A stretch of 64,000 bases of DNA from assembly GCA_963758525.1 (NCBI GenBank), contig CAVWVQ010000005.1, positions 128,001 to 192,000 on the forward strand, given 5' to 3'. Shown piece by piece: positions 10,511-20,519 of the stretch. Position 1 is the first letter of the stretch. The number at the start of each line of letters is the position of its first letter. Origin of the DNA: an uncultured Phycisphaerales bacterium. GTDB lineage: Bacteria; Planctomycetota; Phycisphaerae; Tepidisphaerales; Tepidisphaeraceae. A program made the translations under genes and the position numbers. The notes under the pieces were generated by a model. The model was not told where the DNA came from. It worked only from the letters and a program-made list of their open reading frames with translations, and searched no databases.

Positions 10511-11746
10511 TCACGCAACGTACGTCTTCTTCTTCCGGCCGCTGAGGTAGCTCTCCATGATGCACGACGCGAGTTCGCCGCTGGAGGTGTAGAACGCCAC
10601 GCCTTTGGTGAGCTTCGCGAGCTGATCGACGAAGCCGACCCAGTCCATTCCCCAATAATCTTCGATCAGCGCGAAGGTGCTGATCCGGCATCCCTCGCGG
10701 ACCGCGCTCACCGCTTCCTTCAACGTAGCGATCGTGCTCCGCTGATCCGGCGGATAAAGCAGATAGCAGAAATCCCCCTCCACATGCGCCGTCGGCTGCC
10801 CGTCGGTAATGATGAAAATCTGTTTGTTCTCGCTGGTGCGCTTGCGCAAAATCCGCCGTGCAAGCTGCAGCCCCATATGCAGATTCGTGAAATGCTGCGG
10901 AGCCTTGGAAAGCTGATCCAACGGCACCTTCAACCGAACCTGATAGTCATACACCGTCACCGGCTTGGGCATCGACAGCGGCAGCGCCGCCTCGGCGATC
11001 TTCGACGCCCCCGAATAAAACCCGACAAAGTCGATCGAATCCTGCGGAAAGCGCTCGTGCACCAGCGCCTGCATCGCCATCGCCACCTTCTTCGCCGACA
11101 GATACCGTCCGTACCGCATCATCGAGCCGCTCATATCCAGCAGAACCACCGTCGAGCAACTCGTCACCCCTTCGTGCAGATGCAATTCGAAATCGTTCTC
11201 ATTAAACCGAATCAAAGGACTCTTAGCGGCACTACTTCCCTCCGCTTCCTTCCCTCCGTGCCGCAGTTTACCCGCCGCGGCGGGTGCCTCCGTGCCTTCG
11301 TGCCTCTCTTTTCCCCCTTCTCTTGCCAACGCATTCCGAATCGTCTGATGCAGATCCAGCTCGCTGACGGGATCCCCATACTGATACGGCTTGGTCCCTT
11401 CGATCCGCTCTCCGCCAAGGCCCGGCGTCACCTTCTCGTGCCCGTCGCGCTGGCCATTGCGCAAATTTGCGAAGACCTCCATCAATGCTTTCCGCTGCAT
11501 CTTCGTCACAGCGCGCGGCGTCAGCTTCAATTTCCCGTTGCCGTCCTTGTCGAGCATGCCGTCCTTGAGCAGTTGTTCGAGCATGTCCGACTGGGCCTGA
11601 TCCTTGGGATCTTTGAGCATCTGCTCGATCGCTTTGAGCGCCTGATCGCCGTATTGCAGAATGAACTGCATGAGCTGGTCGAACCCGAAGAGCTTGTCCT
11701 GGGTTGGAAATTCTTCGCCGTCAAATTCGCCGTAGAAGTACTTCAT
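10511..11746 (-). CDS. vWA domain-containing protein
   Basis: LLDMSGSM, TNLHMGL, IITDGQPTAH and YQYGD..LDLHQT motifs. Confidence 0.85.
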   Translation of the reverse strand: MKYFYGEFDGEEFPTQDKLFGFDQLMQFILQYGDQALKAIEQMLKDPKDQAQSDMLEQLLKDGMLDKDGNGKLKLTPRAVTKMQRKALMEVFANLRNGQRDGHEKVTPGLGGERIEGTKPYQYGDPVSELDLHQTIRNALAREGGKERHEGTEAPAAAGKLRHGGKEAEGSSAAKSPLIRFNENDFELHLHEGVTSCSTVVLLDMSGSMMRYGRYLSAKKVAMAMQALVHERFPQDSIDFVGFYSGASKIAEAALPLSMPKPVTVYDYQVRLKVPLDQLSKAPQHFTNLHMGLQLARRILRKRTSENKQIFIITDGQPTAHVEGDFCYLLYPPDQRSTIATLKEAVSAVREGCRISTFALIEDYWGMDWVGFVDQLAKLTKGVAFYTSSGELASCIMESYLSGRKKKTYVA

Positions 11747-12007
11747 CGTGCGAGATTGTAGGCGCCCGGCGCAAAAGAGATGAGCGGTTGCCAGTCATCT
11801 TCATTGAAAGCCAACGGATCGCCATCCGTTGGTCCCGCGTGCAGAGCAAGTTCCAGGTTAGGATCGAGATCACCAGTGACACGAAGGAGCTCAGTGGTGA
11901 TCGGAACAATGTTGACGCTCTGCGAAGGGCCAAGCCACGCCGGCACGGCTCGGCGAGACCCGGCCCAACCCGGAGGCACGAACGGGCGGAGGGAAATGCA
12001 ATCGCGA

Positions 12008-12045
12008 CCTGAACCCTGAACCCTGAACCCTGAACCCTGAACCCT
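12008..12045 (+). repeat. Heptamer tandem repeat (CCTGAAC)5
   Basis: Read directly upstream of rex. Confidence 0.9.
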
Positions 12046-12115
12046 ACCCATTGCTTGACGTTCGCCGCATGGTTGAAATAATCCGCCCGCGGACAACCGC
12101 GCGTTGGAGAAAAGC

Positions 12116-12770
12116 ATGGATCAGCCCCGACCGGAGCTTATTCCCGATCCTGCCGTAAGGCGGCTGAGTCTGTACCTGCGCCAACTCGAAGGCTTCGCGC
12201 AAAGAGGTCCGAACGATCTCCAGCAAGCAGCTCGGTGAGAGCCTGGGGCTGACTGATGCCCAGGTGCGCAAGGACCTGGCCTATTGCGGGCAATTCGGAC
12301 ACCCGGGGATTGGGTATCGCGTCGACGAACTGATCGCGCAGATGCGCCGCATTCTCGGCACCGATAAAACGTGGAATGTCCTGCTTGTGGGGGCGGGCAA
12401 TCTCGGCCGGGCATTGTCGGCTTATCGCGGCTTTGATGCCAAGGGATTTCGGCTTGTGGCAGTCTTCGACACCGACCCGACAAAGGTTGGGCACAAGCAC
12501 GGCGATTTCATCGTTCAGCCATTGAACGAGATTGAGGCAGCCGTGCGCGATCAGGGCGCCCGTCTGGCGATCATCGCCGTTCCGGCGGATGCGGCACAGG
12601 AAGTCGCCAATCTGCTCGTCGATGCCGGTGTGCGCGGGCTCCTCAACTTCGCCCCTGTGTCGATCACCTTGCCGTCGAATGTCGCGCTCTCGACGGTTGA
12701 CGTTGCCGTTCAGCTCGAGCAGCTTTCGTTTCAGGTCAACGCGGCTGATGTGACCGCGAAGGGCTCGTAG
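12116..12770 (+). CDS. rex: Redox-sensing transcriptional repressor Rex, frameshift near 12205
   Basis: IPDPAVRRLSLYLRQL...ISSKQLGESLG...QVRKDLAY.GQFG.PG.GY, VGAGNLG and LNFAP. Confidence 0.95.
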
Positions 12771-12783
12771 AAAAAGGAATTTC

Positions 12784-14538
12784 ATGCGTTGGACGCAGTC
12801 ACTGATCCCGACTCAAAAAGAAAACCCGGCCGACGCGCAGATCGTCAGCCACCAATTGATGATCCGTGCCGGGCTGATTCGTCAGCTCACGGCGGGCGCG
12901 TATGACTTTCTGCCTCTGGGGCTGCGCAGCTTGCAGAAGGCGGCGGCGATCGTGCGCGAGGAGATGAATGCGATCGGGTGCGCGGAAGTGCTCTTGCCCG
13001 CGCTGCAGCCGGCGGAGCTTTGGCAGAAGACCGGCCGCGACATCAGCTACGGGCAGAACCTGATGACGTTCAAAGATCGCCATGGACGAGCCAACGTGCT
13101 TGGACCGACGCACGAGGAAGTGATCACGGAGCTGGTTTCAGCTTTTGTGACTTCTTATAAGCAGCTTCCGCTGAGCCTGTATCAGATTCAGACCAAATTC
13201 CGCGACGAATTTCGGCCCCGCTTCGGCTTGCTGCGCGTGCGCGAGTTTTTGATGAAGGACGCCTACAGCTTTCACGCCAATGTGGAAAGCCTTGGCGTGA
13301 CGTACGACGCGATGTACGCGGCCTATTCGAAGATCTTCACCCGCTGCGGCGTGCCGTTTGTGGTGGTCGAAGCGGAAGCGGGTCCGATCGGCGGGAGCGC
13401 CAGCCATGAATTCATGGCCGCGTGCGAAGCCGGGGAAGACATGATTGTCACCAGCGACAAGGGGAACTACGCCGCGAACGTGGAGAAAGCGGAGACTGGC
13501 GATCGGCCGTTCACCCTTTCCGCGGAGCCGACCGGAGCGTTGGAGAAAATACACACCCCGAATCTGCCCGGCATCGAGGACGTCGGCAAGTTTCTGAAGG
13601 TGAAGCCGAAGAACATGCTCAAGACGCTGGTCTTCGCCGCCCAAAGCCCCGATACCATCAACACGAAATGGCTGGTCGCGGTGGTTCGCGGCGATCATGA
13701 GGTGAACGAGGCAAAGCTCGCCCGCGTCGCGAAGGAGAAGTTCGCAATCACGTCGGTAAAGCTCGCCGATGCTCCTGAAACCCGGGAGCATTTCGCGATC
13801 GGGTTTGTCGGCCCCGACGCGGCGATGAAAAACCCGCGGGCGGTGCTGCTGATCGACGCCGACGCGGCCCAGGGCGGTTTCTGGGCTTCGGGAGCAAATG
13901 AGATCGACTACCACGTGAAGCACTTCAACTGGTTTCGCGAAGCGGGCGATCGGCTGGCCGACCCGACGAAAGTCGCCGTCGCGGATATCCGCAACGCGCA
14001 GAACGGTGACCCCTCACCGAAGAACGACGGGGGCAAGCTCACCGCCGCGCGCGGCATCGAGATCGGCCACGTCTTCAAGCTCGGCACCAAATATTCCGAT
14101 GCGTTGGGCGCTGATTTTCTTGACGATTCCGGCCAGAAGCATCCCATGATCATGGGATGCTACGGCATCGGCATCGGCCGCATTCTCATCGCTGCCATCG
14201 AGAGTTTTCACGACGACAAGGGCATCGTCTGGCCCACCGCCATCGCCCCGTACACGGTTGTCATCACACCGATCAAATACGAAGGCCACGTGAAATCCAC
14301 TGCCGACCAATTGCACGACGAACTGAATGCCGCCGGCATCGACACATTGCTCGATGATCGCGACGCCCGCCCCGGCTCCAAGTTTGCCGACGCCGATCTC
14401 ATCGGCTTTCCGATCCGCATCACCATCGGCGATCGCGGTCTGAAGGAAGGGAAAATCGAGATCAAACTCCGGAAAGAAACCGAGCCGAAAATGATTGCGG
14501 TGGGAGAGACGATTGCCCACGTGCGCGGCCTCCTTTAG
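12784..14538 (+). CDS. proS: Proline--tRNA ligase with INS editing domain
   Basis: SHQLMIRAG, LGPTHEE, QTKFRDEFRPRFGLLRVREF, GIEIGHVFKLG, MGCYGIG and KFADADLIG. Confidence 0.98.
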   Translation: MRWTQSLIPTQKENPADAQIVSHQLMIRAGLIRQLTAGAYDFLPLGLRSLQKAAAIVREEMNAIGCAEVLLPALQPAELWQKTGRDISYGQNLMTFKDRHGRANVLGPTHEEVITELVSAFVTSYKQLPLSLYQIQTKFRDEFRPRFGLLRVREFLMKDAYSFHANVESLGVTYDAMYAAYSKIFTRCGVPFVVVEAEAGPIGGSASHEFMAACEAGEDMIVTSDKGNYAANVEKAETGDRPFTLSAEPTGALEKIHTPNLPGIEDVGKFLKVKPKNMLKTLVFAAQSPDTINTKWLVAVVRGDHEVNEAKLARVAKEKFAITSVKLADAPETREHFAIGFVGPDAAMKNPRAVLLIDADAAQGGFWASGANEIDYHVKHFNWFREAGDRLADPTKVAVADIRNAQNGDPSPKNDGGKLTAARGIEIGHVFKLGTKYSDALGADFLDDSGQKHPMIMGCYGIGIGRILIAAIESFHDDKGIVWPTAIAPYTVVITPIKYEGHVKSTADQLHDELNAAGIDTLLDDRDARPGSKFADADLIGFPIRITIGDRGLKEGKIEIKLRKETEPKMIAVGETIAHVRGLL

Positions 14539-14703
14539 CCGAGTTTAGCCGCCTCGCTTGCGAGGCGTGTTCCCTCCCGGCAAGTCCGCTCATGGAATCT
14601 GCCTGGATAGAGGGGGGAGCTTCGACATTCGGATTTCCTGAATCGGCCCTCACCCCAGTCCTGTCCGGGAGTACGACGGTGGGGGGGAATGCTGAGACTG
14701 ACA

Positions 14704-15783
14704 ATGGAATCCCCGCAACCGGTGGAAGTGGCGAAGGGGCTGTTCGGCGGGCCCGGTTTTGCCGTCAGCAGGAATGGTGAAAACGTCGAAGTCCGAATCC
14801 CGTCCCCACGGCGCGGGCCGGTCATCCTGCTGAACTGGCTCTGGAATCTGCTGATCGTCGGCGGCTGCGTTTACGCGATCGCCGCTCTGGCTCCGCTATG
14901 GGAATCTCGGGAGGACGGAGTCGACGTCTGCAGCATGATCGGCACGCTATTCCTCGCCGTGATCCTGGTCTGGTCATCGGTCGGGGCGCTTCGACGAATT
15001 GCCCGTGCCCACCGCCGCCGCCTGCAAACGCTGATCGGCGTAACCGACGGCATTCTCTGGTGCGAGCCGGCGGACGCGCCGCCAGCGCGATTCCGCTGGC
15101 CGGTGAACGAGGTTTCGCGTCTCCGCGCGCGGCGGCGAAGATTTTCCCGCCGGGTCTTCTGGCTCGAAGTCCGTTCGCGTCATCGGGCATTGATCAGGCT
15201 GCGGATCTCGGGCCGTAAGAGAATCGCAGTTGAACCTGTGGATCACATCCTGCAACACGCGATGCGCGAGGTCCTGGCAGCATCGCACAGCCCTGAGGAG
15301 CCGCAGGACATGCAGTCGAAGACGCTCGCGTACGCGCCCATGCCCTCTTCTCCCGCGCCAGCGGCGAAATCGAATGATCCCATCGTGCGCTACTTCGGCG
15401 GCGAGGCTGCAATCGAATGGGTGACAGTCGCATCCTACGAGCGATTTTCAGATTTTCACACCGCGCACAGCGCGCTGTGGGTGATCGATATCCCCGGCCG
15501 GCTTGGCTCACCTCCCGATCACAAGCCGCCGGGCTATCAACTGCTGGTTCCGAAGGGTCACGCGGAAGCGGCTCGCCGGATCGTCGTGCGACCCCAGGAG
15601 TGGCTCGATCAAAGCCATTGCCCGCGCTGCGGCTGCCCCGGCATGCGGCTGAGTTTTCCCGGCCGGATCGCGCAGCTTCAGGCATCCGATGTCACCGATC
15701 ACGTTCAGCCCCGCGTGGCGTTTGTGCGGGACGTGCGGCCAGCCGTTCTCGGTAATGAATTCGGATGGGAGCATGATCGGTGA
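14704..15783 (+). CDS. Hypothetical membrane protein with DUF2007-like region and CPRC zinc ribbon (possibly two fused ORFs)
   Basis: Two TM segments, then WVTVASY...YQLLVP..AEAAR and HCPRCG. Confidence 0.45.
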   Translation: MESPQPVEVAKGLFGGPGFAVSRNGENVEVRIPSPRRGPVILLNWLWNLLIVGGCVYAIAALAPLWESREDGVDVCSMIGTLFLAVILVWSSVGALRRIARAHRRRLQTLIGVTDGILWCEPADAPPARFRWPVNEVSRLRARRRRFSRRVFWLEVRSRHRALIRLRISGRKRIAVEPVDHILQHAMREVLAASHSPEEPQDMQSKTLAYAPMPSSPAPAAKSNDPIVRYFGGEAAIEWVTVASYERFSDFHTAHSALWVIDIPGRLGSPPDHKPPGYQLLVPKGHAEAARRIVVRPQEWLDQSHCPRCGCPGMRLSFPGRIAQLQASDVTDHVQPRVAFVRDVRPAVLGNEFGWEHDR

Positions 15784-15814
15784 ATTTTAAAGCGCTTTCG
15801 AGTTGATGTTGCGT

Positions 15815-15869
15815 TGTGGTGCAGGCTTCCAGCCTGCCTCTGGGGAGCAGGCTGGAAGCCCGCACCACA
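15815..15869. repeat. REPIN-like doublet (family B, TGTGGTGCAGGCTTCCAGCCTGC)
   Basis: Inverted arms at 15815-15837 and 15847-15869; related copies at 17179-17236, 20440-20462 and 50437-50463. Confidence 0.75.
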
Positions 15870-15939
15870 AATGGCCGCTATTCCAACCGGAAACTGCTCT
15901 AAGTCCAGGTCGATCGTGGCGCGCGTGGCACGTAAACCA

Positions 15940-17130
15940 CTATTCGACCCCAAATCGTTTCACCAGTTCCACGAACATGCGCATCCCTACTTCCATGGCG
16001 GCATCCGTAAAATCGTAGCGGTCGCTGTGCAGCGGCGGATAGCTGCTGGCACCTGGGGGCTCGACTCCGACCAGGAAGAAGCAGCCGGGAACTTTCTCGA
16101 GGTAGTAGGCAAAATCCTCGCCGCCCATCGAGGGCTTGGGCGCGGTGAGATAGCCATCGGGGCCGAAAGTCGCGCGGGCGGTTTGGGCGACGTAGTCGGT
16201 CATCTGAGGATCATTGATGGTGGGGGGATATCCGTCCATCCAATCGAATCTCAGATCGCAGGCGTTGGCCTGCGCGATGCCGGCACAGCGGCGTTTGATC
16301 GCCGCGGCAATCATGGCGCGGGCCTGCGGATGCAGCGTGCGAGCGGTCCCTTCGATGGTTGCGGTATCGGGAATGATGTTGGTCGCGGTTCCGGCGTTGA
16401 ACTTGCCGATCGTGACGACTGCCGAGTCGGTTGGGTCGAATTCGCGGCTGACAAACTGTTGCAGATTGAGCACCGCCTCGGCGGCGGCGACGATCGGATC
16501 GATGCCCATGTGGGGAAATGCCGCGTGCACTCCGCGGCCGATGAAGGTGGCGCCGAAGGTGTCCGTCGCCGCCAGCAGTGTGCCGGGTTTGCTGGCGATC
16601 AGACCGACTTTCAATCCGGGCCACCCGTGCAATCCAAAAATGGCGCGAACGCCCGGCCCCAGGCGTCCGTCCAGCACGCCCGCGCGGATCAACCGCGCGG
16701 CTCCGCCGCCGCCCTCTTCCGCGGGCTGGAAGATCAATTTCACGCAGACGCCAAGTTCCGGCATCATTGATTGGAGCGTGGCCGCGACGCCCAGCAACGT
16801 TGCGGTATGGCCATCATGGCCGCAGGCGTGCATCCGCCCGGGATGCGTGCTCGCATAGGGAAGCCCCGTCTGCTCAACGATCGGCAATGCGTCGATATCG
16901 GCTCGCAACGCGACACAGGGAAGACTGACGTTGCCTATCCACGCGATCGTTGCCGTCGGCGCCTCTGTTCCCCCGTCAACATGAGCGATGCCCAGCCGGT
17001 CCAGTTCCGCGCGGATGATTGCCGCGGTTTTGAATTCTTCGTAGGCAACCTCCGGGATCTGATGGAGGCGATGCCGAAGGTCAGTTGCCCGGCTCAATTG
17101 CTGATTGATTGACGAGGATAGCGTTGTCAT
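15940..17130 (-). CDS. M20D family amidohydrolase
   Basis: LHQIPE, LRADIDALP, MHACGHDGH, FQPAEE, MGGEDF and LHS. Confidence 0.95.
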   Translation of the reverse strand: MTTLSSSINQQLSRATDLRHRLHQIPEVAYEEFKTAAIIRAELDRLGIAHVDGGTEAPTATIAWIGNVSLPCVALRADIDALPIVEQTGLPYASTHPGRMHACGHDGHTATLLGVAATLQSMMPELGVCVKLIFQPAEEGGGGAARLIRAGVLDGRLGPGVRAIFGLHGWPGLKVGLIASKPGTLLAATDTFGATFIGRGVHAAFPHMGIDPIVAAAEAVLNLQQFVSREFDPTDSAVVTIGKFNAGTATNIIPDTATIEGTARTLHPQARAMIAAAIKRRCAGIAQANACDLRFDWMDGYPPTINDPQMTDYVAQTARATFGPDGYLTAPKPSMGGEDFAYYLEKVPGCFFLVGVEPPGASSYPPLHSDRYDFTDAAMEVGMRMFVELVKRFGVE

Positions 17131-17239
17131 GACTTAGGCTATGCGCGACCGTGCGCAGGGACACGCCGCATAAATTGCTTGTGGTGCAGGCGTTCAGCGG
17201 CGCGGTCGGAGAGGCGGCGTACGGCCTGCACCACAATGG

Positions 17240-17980
17240 TTAAAACAACTGATCCAGCACGTTCTCCATCGGCATCTGAATGCACGTGAAAATCGGCGTG
17301 TCGCGCAGCGTGTATTTGCTGCTTTGCGTCTCGCGCAATTCCATCACCAGATCGAGGAAATCCTTGGGCTCGTCCGTTTCAAACGCGACGACAAACTCCT
17401 GATCGTCCAGGCCGAAGCTGTAGGTCGTGTTCAGCTTCACGCTCGGATATTTGTTGCCGACGCGGATGTGAACATCCATGATCTCCTGCCGCTTTTCCAG
17501 GGGCAGTAGGTACCAGTCGCGCGTTTTGACGAAGGGATAGATGAACAGATATTTGCGCTTGCCGGGAATGATGTGCGTCCGGCTCTCAGCCGTGTGAAAC
17601 GGGTCGAGCTTGTCGATATACATGCTGCGCTTGGTCATCGACACGAAGGAAAAGGGCGTCGTGAGGTAAGCGCCCAGCCGCGACTTGTTGATCAGTTGCG
17701 ACTGCGATTGGAATTCGTCCGGGGTCTGTGCGATGCGCCAAAGAAGAAACTCGCATTCGGGCCGCAGGCCCAGCGTGCTGTAGCTGAGGCACAGCATGCC
17801 CGGGCGACGCTCCTGGAAGAGCGAAAGGAATTCGCTGCGGGCCTGAATCTTCTCGTGATCGCTAAGCCGGCGAAACGCCGGATCGATCTTGTAGAACGAG
17901 AAATTGACGAATTGCCGTTGCACGGCCGGGGAGGCGGGCGCTGCTTGCGGTGGGGTGCTTGTGTCTGCCTGCTGGGTCAT
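17240..17980 (-). CDS. Chlorite dismutase family protein / coproheme decarboxylase (ChdC/HemQ-like)
   Basis: YSTLGLRP, YPFVKTRDWYLL, proximal His (VHIRVG), YSFGLDDQEF and RDTP. Confidence 0.85.
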   Translation of the reverse strand: MTQQADTSTPPQAAPASPAVQRQFVNFSFYKIDPAFRRLSDHEKIQARSEFLSLFQERRPGMLCLSYSTLGLRPECEFLLWRIAQTPDEFQSQSQLINKSRLGAYLTTPFSFVSMTKRSMYIDKLDPFHTAESRTHIIPGKRKYLFIYPFVKTRDWYLLPLEKRQEIMDVHIRVGNKYPSVKLNTTYSFGLDDQEFVVAFETDEPKDFLDLVMELRETQSSKYTLRDTPIFTCIQMPMENVLDQLF

Positions 17981-18102
17981 AAGGAAAGTGTAGCATATTG
18001 GAGGCTGAAGGTTGAAAGCGCCCGTCCCGTGGTTTTCCTCAAATCCAGCCGGCATCCAGGGAATAGGCTTGCGGTGGCGACAGATTCTTGTATAAGATTC
18101 GT

Positions 18103-18357
18103 ATGGGCGAAACGGCGTTTCGGTGGAATGAATGGAACCGCGAGCACGCCACAAGGCACGGTTGCACGGTCGACGAAATAGAGTCTGTGGTCCGTCGTGG
18201 CGGGCGAGGTTATCCCCGCAGCGTCGATAGCAAGAAATGGGTCGTTGTCGGCCGGGGGATTGGTGATCGGGTCATTCGTGTGATCTATGTGATCGATCCA
18301 GACCGCACGATTTACGTCATCCATGCCATGCCGCTCACCATGCGTCGGCGGAGATAA
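18103..18357 (+). CDS. BrnT/DUF4258-like toxin
   Basis: FRWNEWNREHATRHGCT.DEIE...VVGR...VIHAMP. Confidence 0.7.
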   Translation: MGETAFRWNEWNREHATRHGCTVDEIESVVRRGGRGYPRSVDSKKWVVVGRGIGDRVIRVIYVIDPDRTIYVIHAMPLTMRRRR

Positions 18358-18392
18358 GAAAAGGCTTGCAAACGCCCCGGAAGGCAATTTTC

Positions 18393-18734
18393 ATGAGCAA
18401 ATCAAACGGAAGACAAAAGGAAATGTCCGCGTCCTACTTCAGCGATCTGCCCGATGCGGAAAAGGAGAAGATTTTTGCGGAGATCGAGTCCAAGACGCAC
18501 GAGCAAATTCTCGCTGAGTCCCGGCCGCTCAACGCGAAGGAAAGAGCCCAGTGGAAGGAACTCAAGAAAAAAATGGGCCGGCCGAAAATCGGCAAAGGCT
18601 CGAAGATCATCACGATGAGCATCGAGCGCGATCTTCTGAAGCGCGCCACGCAGTTCGCCAAGGCCAACGGCATCAACCGATCGGCGCTCATCGCGAAGGG
18701 TCTCGAAGCTGTGATGCGGAAAAAGACGGGCTGA
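18393..18734 (+). CDS. Antitoxin with C-terminal ribbon-helix-helix (BrnA-like)
   Basis: GRPK...ITMSIERDLL...AKANGINRSALI; directly follows the toxin. Confidence 0.7.
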   Translation: MSKSNGRQKEMSASYFSDLPDAEKEKIFAEIESKTHEQILAESRPLNAKERAQWKELKKKMGRPKIGKGSKIITMSIERDLLKRATQFAKANGINRSALIAKGLEAVMRKKTG

Positions 18735-18736
18735 CA

Positions 18737-19261
18737 TCAATATTCAACGACCGCATGCACCGGCTTGCCGACCTTCTCGCGGCCGCCAAGGCCTTTAAGC
18801 TCGATGAGGACCGCGACCCCGGCGATTTCGCCGCCGAGCTTATCGACCATGTCGCAGCAGGCTTTCATCGTGCCGCCCGTCGCCAGCAGATCGTCCACCA
18901 CCAGCACGCGCTGGCCGCGCACGATGGCATCGGCATGCATCTCGAGCGTGTCCTTGCCATATTCAAGGTCGTAGCTCATGGAGATTTTCTGATGCGGCAA
19001 CTTGCCCGGCTTGCGCACCAGAACAAATCCCGCCGACAGGCAGCAGGCGACCGCCGTTCCGAAGATGAAGCCGCGGCTTTCCGCGCCGACCACAAGGTCG
19101 ATATTCTTGCCGCGGAACGGATTAGCCATCAACTCGATCGACAGCGCCAGCGCTGATGGATTGGCCAGCAGGGGGGTGATATCCCGGAAGAGAATGCCCT
19201 TCTTGGGAAAATCTGGAATGTCGCGGATGAGCCGTTGGAGCGAGGCGGTTGTGTCTTTCAT
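18737..19261 (-). CDS. apt: Adenine phosphoribosyltransferase
   Basis: IPDFPKKGILFRDITPLL, ESRGF, RKPGKLP, LEYG and VDDLLATGGT. Confidence 0.97.
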   Translation of the reverse strand: MKDTTASLQRLIRDIPDFPKKGILFRDITPLLANPSALALSIELMANPFRGKNIDLVVGAESRGFIFGTAVACCLSAGFVLVRKPGKLPHQKISMSYDLEYGKDTLEMHADAIVRGQRVLVVDDLLATGGTMKACCDMVDKLGGEIAGVAVLIELKGLGGREKVGKPVHAVVEY

Positions 19262-19362
19262 GAGCGCGGGATGGTAAGGCAAACGCGATGTTGCCGCACG
19301 TCCTTGAAGATCCATCGACAGGCGCCGGCGTGCGCGGATATCCAGACGGGGCTTTCCTGATT

Positions 19363-20214
19363 TCACCACACCGGCGACGCGTTCCGGTCGTCGACGTCCC
19401 CATCCATCGTTGCCCGAAGCTTGGCAAGCGATTCATGTTCAATTTGCCGCACGCGCTCGCGGGTGAGACCGATCCGCACCCCGATTTCCTTGAGCGTCAT
19501 GGGATCTTCGCCATCCAGCCCGTAGCGGAGCTTGAGGATCTTGGCGGCCCGTTCGTCGAACCCTTCCAAAAGCTCGGTGAGCAGACGAAGCTGGTCATTG
19601 CCGCTCACCTGCTCGTCGGGCGAAGGATTGTTCGTGTCGGGCACGAGATCGTTAATGGAAAGCTCGCCATCGTCGGACCCGCTCTGCGTCGGCGAACTGT
19701 ATGCCTTGACGGCTTTGCGGATGATCCGCAGCTTCTTGGGCGACAGCTTCATGTGCGCCGACAGTTCGTCGATGGAAGGCACCCGCCCAAGCTTGTCTTC
19801 CAACTCACGATTGGCAACTTTCAGCTTGCCCATCATCTCGACCATATATGCCGGGATATGGATCGGTTGCACACTGTTGATCAGCGCCCGCTTGATGGCC
19901 TGCTTGATCCACCACGAAGCGTAGGTGCTGAATCGGCACCCCATTTCCGGGTCAAAACCCTCTACCGCCTTGAGCAGACCGATATTTCCCTCTTCGATGA
20001 GATCCGGCAGCGTCAGCCCGCGGTTGCTGTAATGCTTGGCGATGTTGACGACCAGTCGCAGATTCGATCGCACCATCCGTTCCCGCGATTCGGGGTCGTT
20101 GTCGGCGATGATGCGCCGGCCAAGATCCTTCTCCTCCTGCGCGGTCAGCAGCGGAGATTCATTGATCTGTCGCAAGTACAGAGTGAGACCGGATTGGACG
20201 GCAGCAGAAGCCAT
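19363..20214 (-). CDS. Sigma-70 family factor, RpoD/RpoS-like, lacking region 1.1
   Basis: YLRQI..PLLT, SNLRLVV, DLIEEGNIGL, RFSTYASWWIKQ and TLKEIG..LTRERVRQIE. Confidence 0.95.
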   Translation of the reverse strand: MASAAVQSGLTLYLRQINESPLLTAQEEKDLGRRIIADNDPESRERMVRSNLRLVVNIAKHYSNRGLTLPDLIEEGNIGLLKAVEGFDPEMGCRFSTYASWWIKQAIKRALINSVQPIHIPAYMVEMMGKLKVANRELEDKLGRVPSIDELSAHMKLSPKKLRIIRKAVKAYSSPTQSGSDDGELSINDLVPDTNNPSPDEQVSGNDQLRLLTELLEGFDERAAKILKLRYGLDGEDPMTLKEIGVRIGLTRERVRQIEHESLAKLRATMDGDVDDRNASPVW

Positions 20215-20225
20215 AACTGCTATGC

Positions 20226-20252
20226 CTATCGGCCGATAAGGGGACCGACTTA
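20226..20252 (-). promoter_or_regulatory. Sigma-28 (FliA)-type promoter for the sigma70 gene
   Basis: TAAG-N15-GCCGATAG, against the consensus TAAA-N15-GCCGATAA. Confidence 0.6.
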
Positions 20253-20519
20253 GGCTCGATATCGGGGGCGATAAAAGTCCGAATGCGGAGGGATTCAGAA
20301 GCCGGAAGCTGGTGGCGGAAGCCGAAAGAGCAAGTCGAGCGGCGGACGATCCCGATGGCAGGTGCTGAGCGCGGATTGCGCAGGGCCTGGCAGAATTTCT
20401 GGGCCAATAGGAGCAAACTGTGTTTGCGCGGCGGGGATTGCAGGCTGGAAGCCCGCACCACACGCGAGTGTCCCCTTCGCGTTTCGAGTGTCCCGCTTCG
20501 CTTTTACGGGACCACTGGC

